Origin: Chrysomallon squamiferum
Taxonomy: Eukaryota; Animalia; Mollusca
Direction: 5' to 3'
Length of the DNA: 64,000 nt
Assembly: GCA_012295275.1 (NCBI GenBank)
Contig: CM022669.1
Span: forward strand, 9,052,001 to 9,116,000
The position numbers and the translations under genes were made by a program. Under the pieces are notes generated by a model. The model had not been told where the DNA came from. It searched no databases and saw only the letters and a list, made by a program, of their open reading frames with translations. This document shows positions 58,664-64,000 of this stretch, one piece after another (position 1 is the stretch's first letter; every line of letters starts with the position of its first letter).

Positions 58664-58725
58664 TTTGGATTACCTCTCCCTGGATTATTTCTTCCTGGAT
58701 TATCTCTCCTTGGGTCACCTCCTCC
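58664..58725 (+). repeat. Degenerate 15-bp tandem repeat
   Basis: About four units of CYTGGATTAYYTCTY; this explains the LPGL-repeat ORF at 58625..58819. Confidence 0.65.
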
Positions 58726-59217
58726 CATTTTTTCGCTCAACCCTGCCGACCACCCACACACAGTAGTTCAGAATAGTTTCACACTTGATAAGAAAACACG
58801 TGCAAATATTTGCCTCTGAGAGAAAGTTTCACGCCCCTCTTCAACCGCCTGCAGGTCCGCCCCTGAACTGAGTGACTCGAGGTAAGTGATGTAAGGAGGA
58901 CGACAAGAGGAAATTAAGAGACTCTTAATCCCGTTCTTACCCCGGTTCATTTCAATTGACGTATGTCAGAAGTAGTTTATATTTAAAAGGTAAGTTACAG
59001 AAATTAGTATTACTTTGTGAATTGTAGAGATAGAAAATAACAAAAGAACTCCAACCCACCAAAAAACCAAAAACAACGACAATAACAAAAAACCAACAAC
59101 ATCAAAAAACAACAAACAAACAAAAAGCAAACAAACACAAGAAGCAGTTAATAATAAACCTGAATTCAAAGAAAAAGATTAGAAAGACAAGGAAAATGCA
59201 AACAAAACGTTCAAAGC

Positions 59218-59290
<73 letters not shown>

Positions 59291-60200
59291 TAATAATAAT
59301 CATAATTAGTAGATAAATAAAATAAAATAAAATAAAAATAATAAATAAAAAGAAAATCAATGCAAACAAACTGACAGAAAAGAAAACGTACGAAAGACTA
59401 AAATAAACTACGAATGAGAAGTTAAATTTGTTTTATTAAAGATTAAAGATTATATTTGTTTAAGAACAGACAGATTAGTTCCAGCAGCTATTTGACATCA
59501 AACATTATTCGTCTGATGAAATCACGAGAACAAACTAATCAGTTTTCTACCAGCGGCTATCGAACAGCAAACATTAACCCAACAACAGCGCTAGATCAAA
59601 CTGATTTTAAAAGCATACCATCGACTACTTGGAATAAAATATCAAAAACTGTTACACACATGAAAATCTGTCAGGACAGCACATACCGCAATCTTTTCTT
59701 CAGCAGTCACGTGACTATGGCTTGGAAAGAAAAAACCTGTCACATCGGTGCAAACCTCCCAGTATGACTATGTCTTGTGTGTGTGTATTTTACGTTGTGG
59801 TCACTTGCAGATCGAAGACGCCATACAAAAAAAAAAAAAAAATGATCGCATTTGGAGATCGATCGACAGAATAGTGAATTATTGGCTGAATTGGTTTGTG
59901 TGTAAGAAAGCGGGTATTTGCTTAATCAGTGTGTTTAATCTAAATATACAGCCGAGCGCTTTACAATTTAGCTGCTGTGCATTGTCCCCCGATCTAAGAC
60001 GCTAGAGAATTATTGTATTATTTAGAAATCGATGCTGTGAGTAGTCAATTATTGGCAATGTTAGGATTTTATTTTTGTTTTTTTTTGTATGTGGTTGTTT
60101 ATTGTTATTTTTTTTTTTTGATGTTGTTGTTTTTTTTAAATATAAATACACAGGCAAGTACATTGTTAGTAGTTTTATCTGCAGTTCAAAACAACAGCAC

Positions 60201-60279
<79 letters not shown>

Positions 60280-62569
60280 ATAATAATAACAATCATTAAA
60301 ACGACTACAATTACTAATACTACTCCACAACAACTACAATCACTTATGTACAATCAACTACTATTATTAATACTAATACAACAACAACCACTACTACTAT
60401 TCCCATCAACTTTATACTACTGCTAAATGATTAAAATAAATAATTAAATAAATAAATAAATAAAAAGGAAGAGCTTTTAGAATGTATGGAAATACACTGA
60501 AAAAATCAATTACATAATATTTGTAGTTTTTATTTCTCGCTAGTTTTCTTCCACATATGGTTTTGTCATTTGTGAAATATTTGTTGAGAAACATGACATT
60601 ATATATCTCAAACAGTTTGTCTCTTTCCAACTCGATTTGTTAGAGGGTAAAGACTTCTTCTACAGATCATTATCTCTCTCTACATGACCGCGGGCTTCTG
60701 ACATTTTGTACCATTGTTTAGCTTCACGAGATTGCATCCCCTTTCATGTTTCGTCCATCGAGCTGATACGTGATTTTTAAAAAATATATAAATTTTTAAA
60801 TATTTATTTATTTATTCATTTATTCATTTATTCATTTATTTCTTTTCTTTTCTTTTCTTTTCTTTTATTTCATTTATTTTTTGTTTGCTCCTGGGAAAAT
60901 ATTCCGCGAAATCAGAAAATATTTGCTGAAAATGAGTTGACATTCAGAAGTTAATCTATAGAAAAATGTTGATGCTTATTGCGTAGTTGCTGTAGTCTTG
61001 GAAGTCGAAGGTGTGGCAGTAGGTGTATTCAACAGAATAAATGAGAATAGTTATAGAGTGATGGTAGTAGTTGTAGTTGAGGTCATCGAGGTAGCAGTAG
61101 GGGTAAAGCAGATGCAGTGGTTGTATTAGAAAACAAATGTAGATTCAGCAGTAGTTGTAGTAGTAATAGTAGTTACAATAATAGCTGTAGTAGTCGATGT
61201 AGTATTAGTGATAGTAGTAGTTGTGGTAGTAGCAGCAGTAGTTGTGATGGTAGTGATGGATGTATAGTAAAGTGACAGTGGTTGTTGTTGTAGTAGTCGT
61301 AGTGATAATAGTAGCACATTTGTAGTAATAATAGTAGTTGTTGTGATAGTAACAGGAGAAACAGTGGTGCTATAATAAAATGACAGGGTGGAGAGTGTTT
61401 AAGTGTATATTAAATTAAACTGGATGAATTAGACAAGTAATTACGAGACAGATAACTGGTTATTTAATAACAGAGGAGAGACTTGAATTTGCCACAGCTG
61501 TGACTCAGCGGGGACAGATCATTTACTGCTGTGTGTTTTCTCTGACTTGGTGTGAGTCGGTTACATTAATATATAACTCTAACTTTTACATGTTAGTGCC
61601 TTCGTACTTTTAAATACAGTTTAAATACTGTTTTTTGAATTAACGCCACAGGAAAGGATTGTGCAAAAGAGAATGAAGGAATAAGTTTACGAATAACAAA
61701 ATAATAATAATAAAATAAATAAATAATAATAATAATTAAAAAAAAACGACCAAGAAAGATAGAAGTATAGAAGGAAAGAAAGAGTAAGGTATGAGAGGGA
61801 GAGTTTTTGAGAAATGGAAAGGAACATAGAAATTATCAAAGAAATAGATAGAAAGAAATGATTGGAAGAAAGAAAGGCGGAATGGAATGAAAGACAGAAC
61901 GAGAACTAGAGTAACAGATATGTGAAGTTTAGAGAGAAAGAAAGTAAAAGATAAAAATTGAAAAAACGGAAGAGAGACAGAAAGAAAGAAACAGAGAGAC
62001 AGAGAGAGAGAGAGAGAAAGAGAATAAAACACAGAACAAAAACAAATGAGTTTAGAAGAAACAGGAAAGAACAGCGAGTTAAGATTAAAGAATGTGAAAG
62101 CGAAAACAATAACAGCAAAAAAACAAACAAACAACAAACAAAAAAATAACAACTACATCATCACTTGAAGTAATAAAATATAAACCAAGTGACCCTTGCA
62201 AAACAGCTGATGGTCATAATTGTGACACAACGCAGACGTTCTGTTCTGTGAAATGTCGAGTAGAAAATGTTATTAACTTCTTTAGCATCAAAGACTCACA
62301 GAGTTCCGTCAGCGATGCCAAGTAATGTTGTTTTATGAGCGAGGCAGTGGGGTGTCCCGGGTTCGTTATAGCAGAACGCTTAAACCAATTTTATTTGGAG
62401 CGCTGTGGGAAGCGTGGCGTTAGCCGCATTTCGGTGGAAATTAGTTTTGTGTGAAGTGTAAAAACTGAGTAATTGTCAGAATATAGAGACAGAGGCTGAA
62501 GCAACAACAGACAGAAATATACTGGGTATTAATATCTATATCTGTATCTATATATATATCTGTATCTAT

Positions 62570-62661
<92 letters not shown>

Positions 62662-62681
62662 ATATCTATCTATCTATATAT

Positions 62682-62705
<24 letters not shown>
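62570..62705. repeat. (TATC)n microsatellite
   Basis: Direct reading. Confidence 0.95.
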
Positions 62706-62713
<8 letters not shown>

Positions 62714-63768
62714 CTGTCTCTCTAGCTGTCTGTATGTCTGTCTGTTTATCTATGTGTCTAAAGAATGTTACACAAAAAATAAAATTAATACATATATGAG
62801 ACATACATGCTCACGGACCCAAATAAAAAAGCTTAGTTATATATATTTAATACACGCGCGCGCACACACACACACAAACACACATGCACGTAGACGCACG
62901 CACACACACAGACGCATACGCACACATACGCTGAGATGATTTTTTGAATAAAGTCCAAAGCTTAAAGTTTAACAAAAAAAATGTACCAGCATTCAGAACT
63001 TTTGTAATAGGGAAGATATAGAATTATAAAATAAAAATAGAAAATAAAATAGACGAAACAAATTAATAAATATATAAATAAAACAGGGGTAAAAAAATAA
63101 AATAAACAGAAAACGAATGACAGAAAGATCAGAACAAATAAAAGTTTAAAAAGTAAGAAAAAAAAAAAAAAGTCAAACCTACTGTACTCGAAACTTTTCT
63201 ATCCTGTTTGCGAAATAATTATTTTCGTTCTTTCCCTTCCGAGTTGAAAAGAATCATTTACAGCTAAGTGAGTGAAATATGTACGAAATAAAAAGGTTAA
63301 ACTATTTATCAGCAAACACAAACCATGTCACACATAATTCTGTGTAATTCACACAATACAGTTAGCGGTATTCGTTGTGACGCCGACTCCATTGAAAACG
63401 GCTCTGAACCGTCTCGCACTCTTTTCTAAATTTAAACTTGACATGAATAAGTGATATGTATATGAATACTTAACTCAAATATCAGCCAAAACACTCTGTG
63501 TCCACCCAACTGTTACAGTGCTATCTCTTAGTCTTTTCACATTTCTTTTAATATTTTCCTTTATTATTTTCCTTTATTATTTTCCTTTATCTGTCTATCT
63601 ATCTATCTATTTCTTTCTCTTTCTCTCTCTCACTATCTCTCTCTCTATCTCTCTCACTCACACACACACATTAGGAAAACATTCCTTTTTCATTAAAGTG
63701 AAGACAAAAATCATTTTAAAATTTAAAATCTACGATAAAATTTTACTTTAACAGATAAATGTGTGGGA

Positions 63769-63806
<38 letters not shown>

Positions 63807-64000
63807 AAAAACAGAGTTAATAACAACAACATTCATGTGATAATAATATACGAGACTAATAAAGCATTTGGCTGTGCGGGGGTTTAATTAATGTTTACCT
63901 GGCGATAACATATCGCTTACAACAACTACATATCTCTTTACACGACTACATTTGTCATTTATTTCACTGCCACCGTTTACCTGTAATACCTGCATTCAAA

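Overview
AT-rich, microsatellite-dense animal genomic DNA. It is probably molluscan, an inference from the gene family and SINE-like remnants. Almost all ORFs in the supplied track are microsatellite or low-complexity artefacts. One real gene can be assembled by hand on the minus strand from seven GT-AG coding exons with matching phases: 51027-50958, 33061-32928, 29699-29480, 28919-28899, 26941-26651, 23263-23240 and 20916-20789. The CDS is 888 nt and encodes 295 aa: signal peptide, two Ig domains and a GPI-signal-like tail, i.e. a Dpr/ZIG-8-like cell-surface recognition protein. Its splicing architecture is the most interesting part. Two symmetric microexons (21 and 24 nt) flank Ig2, and one carries a KR dibasic site just before the anchor stalk. 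A 57-bp tandem repeat has triplicated the exon-3 acceptor, and both extra copies lead to stop codons. There are also tandem acceptors, cryptic donors and uORFs. Non-coding features include a near-perfect 127-bp inverted repeat pair, a Tc1/mariner-type MITE, degraded tRNA-derived SINE copies, a phased E-box array, a bZIP-site cluster and several local duplications. No rRNA, tRNA, CRISPR array or transposase was found.
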